Below are positions 1-15,559 of a DNA stretch of 64,000 bases, one piece after another. Source of the DNA: Octopus sinensis (lineage: Eukaryota); assembly GCF_006345805.1 (NCBI RefSeq), contig NC_042997.1:6324001-6388000 (forward strand), read 5' to 3'. Numbering within the stretch: the stretch's first letter is position 1; each line of letters opens with the position of its first letter. The notes beneath the pieces are model-generated. The model searched no databases. It was not told the origin of the DNA and saw only the letters and a list, made by a program, of their open reading frames with translations. Both the position numbers and the translations under genes were made by a program.

Positions 1-187
1 CTCTCTTTGTGTCAAGCATTGCCTGATCACCCTAACTATAAAATTCCATTTTCTATTTAGGTTTGATTTATCTTTTCCCGAGGAACCTATCATTATAAAA
101 AACAAGAAAACATTTAACAACACTTAAATATCTCTGTACAGCCATCCATTTCAATTGACACGTATTTTTCTTGTCCTCATCACGCAC

Positions 188-217
188 CTGCAGGTTCCAC
201 TGTCAACGACTTCTATT
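188..217 (-). CDS. Candidate 30-nt coding micro-exon (…K)IEVVDSGTC(S/R)
   Basis: On the minus strand, the acceptor tgtttttgttttaAG precedes AATAGAAGTCGTTGACAGTGGAACCTGCAG, followed by the donor GTgcgt. The 30-nt length is phase-symmetric and the exon is open in phase 2, matching the exon at 1319-1497. Confidence 0.35.
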
Positions 218-1318
218 CTTAAAACAAAAACATTCTGAATATATTTACTTGTGTATTTCATTTCTCACTTCACTTACTTTCTGTTTTGTTTAGTTTATAT
301 ACTTAATATTTATTTATACGCACATACAATTACCATTTTCTCTCTCTCTCGCTCTCTTTTTTTTTTCTATACTTATTTATTTAAATGTTAAATTATTTAG
401 TTGATCATTTATTCTAGTTTTATTTTGCTTACTTTCTGCAGATCTTACATCACATGGGTACTCGCCTTAATTCAAATAGTTTACCATCTAAGATAGTTCC
501 GCCTAAATACACCCCCAAACTCAGCATAAATTTGCAATGGGAATTAACTATTCTATCAATCAGTAAAAATTGAAAACACAATGAAGTGACAAAAAACTTG
601 ACTTGTTTAAATCAAATTGAAAATATGCATACTTAAATGTGTTACTGCCTAAGTTACTCCACTCCCCAAAGATTTATCTAAATCATTCATTTGTATTCAC
701 ATTTTGTTTTCTCTTCCAACAACTGTTATTTTTCTTTCGTCTTTCTTCATCATATCTCACTGTCCTGTGACCAACAGTTTTGACAAATCCCTGTTTCTGT
801 TTCGTAAGAGCTGCATTTTTCAGCATATGTTTATATTCCACAAAACATCTACCGGTAATATTGATAAACCATCTCGGAGGAAATTATTGAAAATAAACCA
901 TGTTAAACAGGAAAAAAGACAGAAAAGCAATGAGTAAAACTATTTTACAGCATCGTGTAAACACAAAGAAGGAAGGAGATTTTTAATGGCATTTCTATGA
1001 AGAATGCATTTGTCGTGAGTAATACTATCAACACTGCCTACGCATTCGCTGATCTTCACTTACATTATCGACCTCGAATTTATCATCTGAACATAGGTTT
1101 TTTCCTGATTGTTTGAATTTGGGCCCTATTAAGAAATTCTCTATTCCGAATTATTCGTATTTGATTCATGATCCCATTTTCAGTAATCTGGAGCATACCA
1201 AGCTGGTTCTAAAGTTCTAATGATTCTTTTCTCGACAGCTTTAAATTTGCCATTGCCCTTAACTAGCAAGGCTTGTCTATGGCACTTAATTACCCTTTGT
1301 TTTATATCAAAGACCTAC

Positions 1319-1497
1319 TTGCGTTTACGAGCACTTTGCATAATTTGAACAGTAAAAGGACTACAACTGGTTGGAGTCAGGTCTTCCATTCCATTGCCCT
1401 CTGAGGGGAACCTTTTTGGAGCGGGAGATCTGGTGACTCCGACATCCAGGAGAGTGTTGCCGTTTATGCAGTTATTTGGGTTTGAAATTGAAATCAT
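1319..1497 (-). CDS. Candidate first coding exon, MISISNPNNCINGNTLLDVGVTRSPAPKRFPSEGNGMEDLTPTSCSPFTVQIMQSARKR(K); product unknown
   Basis: High-complexity ORF, richer in GC than its surroundings, starting at ATG 1497. It ends at AA|GTAGGT (donor 1318-1313), with a possible acceptor ccttttaaAG at 1523-1522. No recognisable domain. Confidence 0.4.
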
Positions 1498-1662
1498 TGC
1501 AAACAAAGAATGAGAATAACACTTTAAAAGGATTTGCTCTCCGAGTGTGTTTATTTGAATTTTTCATGTAATTGGTTGCAAATACAACAACAGCTGTGAC
1601 TTGGTTGCCAGCCCAGACTTTCAGATTCCAAGTTCGCCCTGCGTAATTTGCCGCAGCCCCCA

Positions 1663-1663
<1 letters not shown>

Positions 1664-1700
<37 letters not shown>

Positions 1701-1712
1701 TCACGCGCGCAT
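1664..1712. repeat. (CA)n microsatellite with a CG-rich end
   Basis: Direct reading of the sequence. Confidence 0.95.
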
Positions 1713-1907
1713 ACACAGACGCAGATGTTACAGCGGTCTATGCAGGGCAGGAGTGGCACCAACTCCCTGCGCTCTTCACATACACATCCGCATATAGAAT
1801 TACACTATCTGATGTGTCCTTCCTCAGCAATGTTTGATGCGATATAAAATAGATGTAACTACTCTCTCTAGCATGCCAAGTGTCTTCTCAGAGAGTCATT
1901 TACTCAC

Positions 1908-2330
1908 TTGTAATCTTCATTGGTAGATAAGCTCAGCGTGTGAAAATTAAGATCTTTGCATTTGTTGTTACTTCTGTAGCCACGTTAAGCGTTTTTATGG
2001 TTGTTGTTTTTGTCACTAGCTGGTCTATATTCTCTAACCACAGTATACGAGTGGAATAGGTTAGTGGGCAGGTTTTAGCTGCAGTTACATTCTGTGTTAT
2101 TGTTTTTGTCTTTGTCTGGGCCGCCTTCCATCGCCTGCTGACTTTATTGTTGAATCTATGTGTATAGTAGTAGTAGTAGTAGTAGCAACAGCAGTAGTAG
2201 TAATAGTAGCGGCAGCAGAAGCAGTAGTAGTTGTAGTGGTAGTGGCAGCGTTGAATTTCCGCTTTATGGGTTTTCCTGTGATTTACACTTTCCGTAATAG
2301 TGCTGTTTGGATATTTTGGTAGTTGCTTAT
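1908..2330 (-). other. Possible non-coding 5' UTR exon of the same minus-strand gene
   Basis: Strong donor CAA|GTGAGT at 1907-1902. The upstream sequence holds a (CTA/CTG)n tract and a short uORF (MEGGPDKDKNNNTECNCS*). The 5' boundary is a guess. Confidence 0.22.
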
Positions 2331-2659
2331 CTCTTTCATTTTTGTCGTGCGTTTAATAGTGTAGTTGCAACAAAATGTATGTTTACATATTCGAGTAGTC
2401 AGTGAGAAAAATATGGTTATTAAAGTTTTAAAATATTCTAAAGATAATTATTTGTGTGACCAGCAATAAAAGGATATTTACATTTTCGAACTCTCAGGGA
2501 GAAAGAAATATTAGATATTCACAGAAAGTTGTAGATATTAAAGTTTCAAAGTAAGTTTTAAATATGATTGTCTGAGACCGCCAGAGAAAACTGTAGATTA
2601 GCGAGATTTCAAGCAAATTTCAAATACTCACAGGAAATTATTAACGAAGCCAAGTAGAG

Positions 2660-3130
2660 CAATAATGACTACTCGTCTGATAATGTACACCAGAAGCATG
2701 GTTCACAACAATCTGTGCAAGACAGGATGATCTCATGTGAAGATAAACAGCACATGACATTGCAGGTGGGGTCCAGGAAGAATTTTGTTCAGGTCGAGTA
2801 GCCCATCCCAATCAACACGTCTCCAAATAAGGGTTGTTTGAGGATGCTGAAGGAAATACTAACTTTTTCCGAAGGTGAATTATCCAAACCACAAAGAATT
2901 TCTCTTAACAAATGGCTATGATGCTCCTCCGCTATATCTGATCATGATCAGAGAGCTACATATAATCAGCCACTAAGTGATATGCTAAAATGTTTGTAGT
3001 CAAACAGCTGTGGTAGGGAACTGAATATCTGAGGCAACTTGAGAAGACAAACACATACATGATAACACTTCCAACAGTTAAGATCAGAAGCCATGGGAGT
3101 CAGTTCCTGTTACTGTATTAGGGCATTTAC
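2660..3130 (-). mobile_element. ~570-bp (AAT)n-flanked interspersed repeat, copy 1 (partial)
   Basis: Reverse complement matches 18507-19061 (e.g. gggatgggctactcgacctga, tggcttctgatcttaactg). (AAT)n lies at its 5' side. Confidence 0.85.
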
Positions 3131-3164
3131 TATTATTATTATTATTATTATTGGTGTTGTTGCT

Positions 3165-3168
3165 ACTA

Positions 3169-3233
<65 letters not shown>
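3165..3233. repeat. (ACT)n microsatellite
   Basis: Direct reading of the sequence. Confidence 0.95.
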
Positions 3234-3234
<1 letters not shown>

Positions 3235-5455
3235 TCTGTGATGGGAACATGATAACGGAGTCTAAGCAGATATATGCGGAATTTCAGCCGTATTTCTCAG
3301 CATTGTATGGGGAGCACAGTGGTTCTGTGACGGTTGCGAATTTCACCTTCTATCTCAGTGGCAGGCCGTGCTTCTAAGCCAGGGATGCGGAGTTCTCCGA
3401 AATGCCAATAAAAGCCGAAGACATACAGGTCGCGATGAAGGACTGCGGTAGAGAAAAGTCTCTGGGGCAAGATGGTCTGCCCTTCGAGCATTATTTTCCT
3501 ATGTCAGACTTGTTCAGTGGTCTCTTGGCAGACGTCTCCCACAACTGGCATAACGGGAGAATTCTCAGGGCTGTGAGTAGTGGAGTGATGGTGCTGTTGA
3601 ACAAAATCCCGAACAAGAGGTGGGGCGAAATAAATAATTTCAAGCTTATAACTCTGCTGGATGCAAATTATAAGATTTTTACCAAGGTATTAGCCAAGTG
3701 GTTGGCAATGCGTATACATGCGCTATCACGTACAGAACTATCTGCGACTACTTCCACCTCACGCGTTTTATCATAGATATGGTGGGTAAGGAAAATATCA
3801 TGGGTGGGGATCTAATCAATTCAGATCAGTCGAAAGCTTTTGTTGGTCAGCAACCAATACTAGGAGGTTGCTTTTGCGGCACCGCTTTTAGGTCCCGTTT
3901 ACAGCGACATGTGTTCGGTGGACAAAATAAATGACCACCTATCGGAATCGTTTAGCATCGCTCCTTCGGTCCGTCAAGGGTGCCCACTGCCGCCTCTTCT
4001 GTACATACTGGATTTCGAGCCACTGATGTGGAAGCTGGATGTTTCAAGGGGCATGTCACATGATCTAGGATGTGGAAGATTTGTGTCGAGTTACGCAGAC
4101 GACGGCACCGTAATACTGTTGGACACATCGGAGATCTTGGCCACTACTGCTCTAAGGAAGTACGAAGCGGTGACAGGGGCAAGGGTTCATCCAGGAAAAA
4201 TCGGTGGGCTTGCAGCTCGGCACTTTTAGAAGCAGATTAATCCGAGAGCGTTATAGGGTTAAGTTCCTCGGCATCTGGTTTCGTCCAGTCCTCCAGATAG
4301 ACAAGATTTGAAGGTGGGTAACAAACAGGGTAGACCATCTCACCCAGAAATAGGCTGAGAGGAAGCTGTATCTGAACGGTCGAAGGGAGGTGGTGAATGC
4401 GTACATTGCTTCCATCATCTACAACAGCCTGAATTTCATCCCTTGCCCCACTTCGTGTCTAATAATGTTGGAGCGCCTGCTCTTCACTTTCTATGGAAGG
4501 GACGTGATCCGCTCGTCAGGCGGTCCATCTTCTATTAACAGCCGCTGGTCATACTGTGGGTAATTTATGCGTAGTCATGCGCTGAGCCTGCGACATATCC
4601 ACTTCTCGGGACTTCTCGCAGCTCGTTTCATTCACAGAGCTACGATCCTGGGTCAAGCACGGACCAAAAATGGACGCTTGGCATCTTGAGTGTCGGCAAG
4701 CGCTCAAAGCTTTCTGCCAATCGAGCAACACGGTCGGTAGAAGTTCCACCTTGGAGTTCTATAAGGATTTAGTTGTGGGAAAGTTAAATGACGCACTCGG
4801 GGAAACTCTGGTCTTTTCTTGAAGACTTTCAGACCGGGGCCTATATATATCTTCGAAAAATCCTTGACCTGTCAGTGTTCCGGGGAACTCTGCCAGTTTA
4901 AAGCAAACTCTACTATCAGAGAAGTGCAGTCAGGCGGTTCCTATAACGAAAGGGGTAGTGTGGGGGACAAGACTGCAAGGACTGAAGAGAGACACTCTTC
5001 TCCTCGACCGAGCCCACATCGAGTATTTCACGCGCCTCTTCAAAAGGAAACTGAGCGTAGAGAGGGAAGTATTGCTCCCCACCAGCCCCTGGAAGTTTGT
5101 TAAAAGGTGTGTGGGTGTTGCGAAAATGGATTGCGTGAATAGCCCTACTCTGAATACTCAGCTGCAAGCCGGAACCATTGAGGGAAAGAGGGGTACCTAA
5201 CTGGCGTGGCCATGGCTGTCGTGGCGATCAAGGTGTATGATATGCCCGCTTGGACCCGGGTGGACCTGCCCCTATTGCGGAATTTTGTTGTTTCTGTTTT
5301 GTGTCAACTGTTTTATTTCGTTTTTGTTGTTTACACGTTTTCTGTTTTAAACCCCACTTGAACCTTGTTTTGTCCCAATATATTTTTTATGTTCAGCCGT
5401 TGTGGTCAATAAAAATAGGCTTATTATTATCATTATACTTTAATACTACTACTAC
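3234..5455 (+). mobile_element. 5'-truncated, decayed Tx1/L1-clade non-LTR retrotransposon (RT region and 3' end)
   Basis: Broken ORFs carry RT motifs: KSLGQDGLPFE, FKLITLLDANYKIFTKVLA, RQGCPLPPLLY, SYADD. There are many stops and frameshifts. Confidence 0.85.
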
Positions 5456-7191
5456 ACCGTTTCTTCTAGATCGTTGGCCTTCATATTAACTATGTTACTG
5501 ACATTTAAACAACCTAAGTCATTAATATGATTAATGCTATAGTAAAATTCCGTACACTCCTTGCAATCGTTATATCGTTTGAAATCCCATAACATTTGAT
5601 CAATTTTACAAAACGTCTCTTCAAATTACATAAGGTCCCTTAATATACTAATTTCTTTTCTATTGATTAAAACACTCCCTAATGAATATGTAGCTTTGCA
5701 GTAATGAGTAATTCGTTATCAATAAGAAGTACCATATCTGCGAAAATACGTATTGAAAACGATGGTATCAAAGGAATATTTCAGATATTCATTTAATAAT
5801 ATTAACACTTGTTGCACTTGTTTTAAAGGTCTACTTCAAGATATTCTAAAGAAACCAGAGATTGTAGTCTAAATACAGAAAGTACTTAATATATTGAAAA
5901 CTGTTTTATCGTAAAACTTTTTTATATTTCAACCACTTATGTTCACTGTTGTATTTAAATGTTGTTTTTCTATTCATTGAATATATATATACACACATAT
6001 ATATGTATATATATATATGCGTATGTATCTAAGTACGCGACAATTTCATTATAGTTTGAATATGTGTGAGAAATTTGAATTGAAAATGTTGAATGTAATT
6101 AGATCTAATTATATATAGAATAGGAAAAAAAAACTTTCATCTTGATTTTATATTATGGTCTTTTGTAGAAGTACAAAGCATATACATAAACTTGCAACAC
6201 TACCTCACATATACAAACATGTATGTAGGTAAGTATGTGTGTAAATGTACATGACTTGTGTTCCTCTTGAAATGTCGAATGTTATAAAAGAAACAAATAA
6301 AAAATAGAATCTATTGCGTTGTATTAAGTTCGACACCAGTTTAGAGAAATCTATTTACCAAGAAATAATAAAATTCCACTAATATCCCCCTCTTCTTTCT
6401 CTCTCTTTGTCTCTCTCTGTGATTTTTCTCTCTTTATATACTCACATTCTCCCCCATCCCACACTCCCCTGTATTATTTAGCGTTTATTGAGACCAGAGT
6501 CAATACACACAGCCTTCAGGTAAATATTACTAATGCCTGAATAGATGAAATGTTTAAGCTGTGAAAGCAATATGTTGAAAATATTGTTGCAGACATTTTT
6601 CTTTTTTTATATATATATTTCAACTGACATTCTGCTTATTCTATTTTTTCGCCGTTTCATCGCTTTATTATCATTATTTTTCTTGTTGCTCTTATTGTTG
6701 TTGTTGTTTTGGTTGTTGTTGCTGTTGTGCTTGTTATTTTATTTTCTAATAAAATTAATGAAAATAATTTTACTACAGGGCAACAGAAAAAAATATCATT
6801 GGAATATAAACATACTTCATCTGTCTAAATCTTGTCTGTCTCACATTTGATTTGAGATATAGGTGTGCTACACTGTCATTCTCTGTTCTCCATTAGTTTT
6901 TGCTGATTTTCCTGGGTATTTGTATGTGAGACTGAAATAGAGAGTTACTTCTTAACTTATTTATGTTTACATCTATGAAAATATCATTTGTGCTGTGTAG
7001 GATTGTTACTATCAATGTTTGATTCCCTCATATTGTTACAATGATTTGGGCCTAGAGCATAATCTTTATTTCTCACTGATACATTTATACATAGACACAA
7101 GCATATACATTTATTCGCAACCCCAAACACATACATATATGGGTGTGTGTCTGCACGTTTATGTGCGTGTTTATATGTTTATATCTACGCA

Positions 7192-7306
<115 letters not shown>

Positions 7307-7778
7307 ATATTGTTATACTTAAAAATATATGTATTTATGTATGTATGCATATATGCATGTATGTATCCATGTATATGTGTACGTGTGTATCCGAATACAA
7401 ATAGTTGTATATAGGTGTCTGAAAAATTATATGATATGTTCGCAATGTAACAGTGCTCGTAAATACACGATTATACTTTAGTTCGCATGTGTATATGCGC
7501 ATAAGTGAATAGAGAGAAATTAATGTTATATACTGTGATGGCAGGCAATGATAGGTTATAGGAATATAGATGTATGCAGCTAATTGCTGCAATTGAAAAC
7601 AAATATTGGATTTTAACAAACAAATTCTTGTTTAGAACTTCGTCTACGTAACATATAAGCAAGCAGCACAGACAACAAAAGTAATACCAATATGTTTCTT
7701 CGAATATCATAACTGGCATGCAGCTACAAATACACGCATCACCCTCTCATTTATTTTTATGCATACATACGAATACAT

Positions 7779-7837
<59 letters not shown>

Positions 7838-8399
7838 TGTATGTATTGATATATTACTATATGTTTGTGTGCAATAAATTTCTTATGTATATGGGTATAT
7901 GTCTGTGTTTGCTCGTATGAAGAATTGTTGCTCAAGAAAAAACATATAAAAGTATTTGTGAATGCTAGATTTTTGGAAGCTGATGAGATTGAAACCGAAA
8001 CAGGATTAACTTTCTGTAGAAATATTTTTTTGTCTGAACTATAGAAACCGAGATTGATGAGTAACAAACAAACTTCACTCACACGAATTGTGACCTTAAC
8101 AATAAGAACATGCGAAAGTGAAAAGGTTTGCAGATTTTCGAACTACATACATGTTATTTAATCACTGGAAATCATGTTAGATGGTATCTGTATATCTGTA
8201 TAGCTTGAAAATTGGAACTTTTTGCAACACATTTATAATCAAGTGCATCAAGAAATACAAATGCGAATATATAATCTGAACATCTAGGCTGTATGATTCG
8301 AAACCTTTGTTCATAATATCTCCTTCCATTTTAATTGCGATTGAAATTGTGAAATCAACTGGCAAGATGAGACCTCATCTATACTTGCGTCCATTTCCT

Positions 8400-8492
8400 T
8401 AACATCTGAGCTTCGTTGATCTCAGATTTTGGCACAAGTCCGGCAATTTTGTGTGTAGGGCTTAGTCAATTTCATAGACCCCAGCATTCATC
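8400..8492 (-). mobile_element. SINE family 2, 3' fragment
   Basis: ttttggcacaagtccggcaattttg…gaccccagca is the reverse complement of the 3' part seen at 22925-23025. Confidence 0.5.
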
Positions 8493-8497
8493 TCTTA

Positions 8498-8818
8498 CTT
8501 AGTAAGAAGCGTGCTTCCCAACCACATGGTTCCAGGTTCAGGCCCACTGCGTGGAACCTTGGGTGAGTGTCTTCTACTGTAGCCTTTAACCGACCAAATT
8601 GGAAACAGAAAGCAGCCCGTCGAATATATATATATATATATATGTATTTCTGTGTTTGCGTTTGTCACCCCCACCATTGCTCTATCGCCTGACAACCGAT
8701 TACGTTTCTGTAACATAGCGGTTTTGTAAAAGAGACTGATGGAATAAGATCTTGGGTCGATTGGTACGAGCACCGGTGGTACTCCAGCATGGCCGCAGTC
8801 AAATGAGTGAAACAAGTA
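8498..8818 (+). mobile_element. tRNA-derived SINE family 1 (octopus-type, with internal (TA)/(TG) microsatellite)
   Basis: B-box-like ggttccaggttcaggccc, gtgtcttctactgtagcc, gaaagcagcccgtcg, internal microsatellite and the 3' ccagcatggccgcagtcaaatgagtgaaacaagt. Matches the copies at 38.8-39.85 kb. Confidence 0.85.
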
Positions 8819-10309
8819 GCAATCGTCCATATTTTGTTTTTATGTTATTTTTCATTTTTTTTTTTTTTGCTTTTCTTTGACTTAATAATGTTTTCAACAA
8901 AACGTTTCTTTAATTTTAAATCCTAACTCTGAAATTGTGACAATATAAACCGCCGTAGACTGCAGAAAATGTTATCCTGCCAGTACTCTCAGCTTCTCTT
9001 GAAGTAGCATCTGAAGATATATTTTTATTATTAGTTATCAGAAAGCGTCTTAATTTCCTTTAAACTATAATTATTCCTTTTCATAATTTTAAGGTCTCCT
9101 GGGATGCATCAAACATTCATTTAGTAAATATTTCACAATAAGCTTGCATGATTATTAATGCGACATGGTTAAGTGTATTCAATTATCTGCCAGATATGTT
9201 ATATAATACAATATGTATTGATCATATTGAATATAGCAATGTAATTTTGAAGAAGTGGTCGAAGTTTGTGATGAGTATTGTTTTATATGAGAGCCTCTAA
9301 CAAACCCAATAAACAAATAACACGAACCAAAAGTATGTATTAACATATAATTTTTCAATATATGGTTAGCAGACCATAAGCTTTCATAATGTCGTGATGT
9401 ATGTCAATATTAGTGCGTGGCATACACAACTGCAACAGAAATCAATTTGTCTGTGTATTTATTGAAGGTATTTCTATTAAATACAAAATTAATTTGCCTT
9501 CATTTAATTTCTAGTTAAAAGAAATGTGTTTCCGGGACGAAGTTAATGAAAATAATATTGGCTTTGTAATTAATTTTACCTTAGCAGATTAGAAAACATA
9601 TTAAAAATGTAGTGTTTTTTCTCTCGAAACTACGTTAACGAAACAAGAAATAACTACTTTAGTTTTTACAATTTCTGATGAGGAGCCACGGTAATAGAAA
9701 TATAAATGAAGTATATTCTAATGCACATTGACGAAGATATCAAGAAAGTGATAGCGTGACAATTTAGTTAGTATATATTTAATTGACTTTTTTTGGAAAC
9801 AATATATTTAGTTCCCCACTCACACAAACTCATGAGTGAAATTTCTTGTCACAGGTAGATTAAGATTAGGATACATCCTCCAAAATCATTTCGATAATCC
9901 TCTTTGTGATTCTAAATTATAGATGTGCTTGTTTCAGAAAGATGTCCTGACGTTATGTGTTGAACATACAAATAAACTGTATAAAACAAATATTTCAACC
10001 TTTTCACTGCTACTAATCATATTCCTCTGTACAAATTCAAGAATTGCTGCATTTAAATATTTTACATAAAAAAGTTGCCTAGAAATATTTGTCTCTAAGA
10101 GATTTAATATCCATATACTTGAGCGACATTGGGTAGATAGGAAGCAAATTCAATGCTTCATGGCCCAATTACCCAACATTTAAGAACTATAATATTTCCA
10201 ATCAGTACTTCAGTAAGCAATGGTCAATTTAACTATTGATGACAATATTTGTTTAGCATCAAATACGGTAGACAGAAACTGTGAAAACCCCCGTGGTATA
10301 CTTCATATC

Positions 10310-11385
<1,076 letters not shown>

Positions 11386-12465
11386 TGATTGATTGATTGA
11401 TTGATTGATTGATTCTAGTTTCAGCTTATGAGCTGTGTCCATGCTGGGGCACCGCCATTTGGTGTTGCTACTTGGTTTCACTTCATGGAGGCTTTCTAGC
11501 AACTGCTATTTGTGCATGAGAGAGTTCGATGCAGCTGCCCTCATCTGCCCCTCCTGCCGTGAAGTTGGTTCATCTGGGACACCTGACAGGAAGAGATCCA
11601 GCTTCATTTTAAAGACATCTGTATCCACCCCATGCAGGTCTCTCAGGTTCTTCGGGAGGATATTGAAGAGCTGTGGGCCTCGGAAGCCCAGGCTATCACA
11701 GAATCTTGTCCTACATCTTGATGGCAGGTTTGGAGACCTAGGCACCACGCAGTGGCGCCCAGTTCTGGCATTTGCGTAACTCTCGATGCCAAAGTTCAGG
11801 ACACTTCCCTCCAGGATCTTCCAGATGTATATTATGGCATATCTTTCCCCCCGCCTACGCTCCAGGGAATATAATTTTAATCTCTTGAGTCTTTCCCAGT
11901 AGCTTACATTCTGCATAGAGGCTATCTTCTTTGTGTAGCTTCGTTGGATCGCCTCAAGTTCTGTGATCAACTTGACACTGGATGGTGACCATAGCTGAGA
12001 GCAATAGTCAAAGTGGCTTAGGACAAGTGTCTTCCAGAGGACCATCATGGTTTCTTGTTCTCTTGTTCTAAAGGTTCTAAGAATCCAATCCAGACATTTC
12101 ATTGTCAGTTTAGCAACATGTACATGAAAGGTCGCGTCATCACTCATGTGAATACCCAGGTCACGCACTGATTGTGCCTCTGGGATTGCAATCCCTCCGG
12201 GTCCAGTGTATTCATTTGGTATTGCATTCAGTTTTGCATGCTCATAGTATAAAGCTTGAAACTTTCCAGCATTGAACTGCATGCTATTGTTTTTTTTTTT
12301 TGCCCACTTGTATATTTCGTCCAGCTCACATTGCAGGTGTTTTAGTGTCCTCAGGGTTCTGTATTGCCTGTGAAACTTTTGTATCGTCTGCATAACTTGT
12401 GATCGTGGCTCTCTGCGTGGCTGAGGGCATGTCTGAGAGGGCCATTATGAACAGTAGTGGTCCCA
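11386..12465 (-). mobile_element. CR1-clade LINE copy A, 5'-truncated, with (AATC)n tail
   Basis: ORF 11506-12393 has SMQFNAGK, HFDYCSQLWSP and LKLYSLERRR; the YADDTK motif lies just upstream. Near-identical to copies B-D. Confidence 0.92.
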
Positions 12466-13494
<1,029 letters not shown>

Positions 13495-13660
13495 TCGACG
13501 GGCTTCTTTCAGTTTCCGTCTACCAAATCTACTCACAAGGATTTGGTCGGCCGGAGGCTATAGTAGAAGACACTTGCCCAAGGTGCCATGCAGTAGGACT
13601 GGGCCCGGAACGATGTGGTTCGTAAGCAAGCTACGTACTACACAGTCACTCCTACGTGTA
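13495..13660 (-). mobile_element. SINE family 1, 5' (tRNA-like) half
   Basis: cgacgggcttctttcagtttccgtctaccaaatc…gtagaagacacttgcccaaggtgcc matches the reverse complement of the family head. Confidence 0.88.
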
Positions 13661-13745
13661 TATAGATTATATACATCTATCTATATATCTATCTATCTAT
13701 CTATCTATCTCTCTATCTATCTCTATCTATCTATCTATCTATCTA

Positions 13746-13784
<39 letters not shown>

Positions 13785-14239
13785 TATATATATATAATAT
13801 ATATATATATATATTATATACAATCTAGACCTGTGGATGTGTGGAGGAACTCAAAGTTCAACTGCTTCGATTGAGCAATGCTCTTCTTAGAGCTGAGACG
13901 TACTTACACTAACATCTCTTTTAGTTCTAGCAAAAGGAATGAATGGTGCTACACAAGGTATTACCACGTTAAATAAGTCAATGTTTGGGCTGCGCGATGG
14001 ATTTGCGTACTCCAATTTGTATCAGAATTACCTTGGAAAAAGAAAAGAAAATGTGGAAAGGTGTAACATTCTCTCACCCTCATGCTTCGTGTACAGCAAG
14101 AGAGTCCAACATATACGTTTGCACACATACACACATATGCACACACTTATACATATATATGCATAGATATATGTGTGCGTATCTATAGATATATGTGTAA
14201 ATCTATCATTATGAACGTCTCTACGTTTGTGTGTATTCC

Positions 14240-14405
14240 ATTGCGCCTCTTGATAACCTGCGTTGGTTTCTTAATGCCGCAAACTTAGATTGTCGGCAAG
14301 AAAACCGATAAATTACCGTATATGGATATAGGTGCTTGGATCTATTTCTTGGACTAATCTAACAAAGTGGTGCTCCAGCATAGACGAATTTCAGTGATTA
14401 AATAA
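14240..14405 (+). mobile_element. SINE family 1, decayed 3' half
   Basis: gataacctgcgttgg…tcggcaagaaaaccgata…gtggtgctccagcat resembles 39650-39820. Confidence 0.55.
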
Positions 14406-15559
14406 GACATGAAAGAGTAAATTACTTTTGAAAGATAACGATAATTCTGTTAGAGGATGTAGTTAGCCAAACATATCTCAAATACAAAATAAGGCAGTTC
14501 GAAATTGATATTTGATATGCATGGTACATAAAACAATTAAATGAAGAATTAGTAGTGTTAGCTTGTGTTAAAATGCTTGCCGTTTCTCATTTATACGCTA
14601 AGCTTCCTAATTTAATAGACATATATAAATTTCCTATGTAGCTCGTCATACTAAATTATATTTCATTGAAATATATTTCACAAGTACGTAAAATGCAATC
14701 AATCAATGGAAACATAGATCACTCTGCTGATTCTTGTACAATATATTTCAAATATGATAGTCTTATAGATAATCTAAAAGCTAATGTGCGATTTTATTGC
14801 AACACATTGATTTTCTTGATGTGTGTCAAGGATGTATTAATGTAGAAGACGCATAGCACGGTTGAAATTGCTGTAAAACAATAATGGTGGGATATATATC
14901 ACAGAAGAGAATTAAATATATATAGCATGTACACCCGACTAGCGAGAGGATCATCCAATCTCAAACTGAATGCTTACGTGCACGCACACTCACACACACG
15001 TATATATATATATATATATAATCGTATTCCTGCAAAAAGATCGCATTTGTTAAAGCTTAGTCATATTTTGGATAATATGGATTCAGCTCATTTATATTAC
15101 TTTGTTAGAGGACAAAAATTGTATGTCTATATGGTGGTGTTGGAAGATGAAAGGTCTATATAAGTAGTACAATAATAATAAGGAGAGATAAGGGAAAGAA
15201 GATGTAGAAAGAATAAAAAAGCTTTGAAGTGCTCAAATTTGTAGTAGGAAAAGGAAATATTAAAGTTAGTATAAGAGACGATCAAGTTAAGAAGAGAAAG
15301 TAAAATCAAGAGTGATTGAAGGAGATATAAATACGTAAATAATCATGTGATACATAGATTTGTATGCTGATACAAATATTGTAAACATGGATGAGTTATA
15401 AAGGAAATAATATTGAAAATATAAAATATATCGACAAAGCATGTTGGATGAGGTTAAAATAACAAAAATACATTGTGAACTTAAATCATATCTACAATCA
15501 TAGGGGATTATATATTTACTGGAAAATAAAATAAAGAACCAAATGAATGATAATAATTA

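Noticed and set aside
7980-8030. Second hammerhead-like string: CTGATGA-gattgaaacc-GAAA-cagga-ttaact-ttctg-TA (helix III and a GUA triplet present)
   Set aside because: Helix II is weak, and the helix I strands (ttttggaag versus gaaatattt) do not pair. Probably chance.
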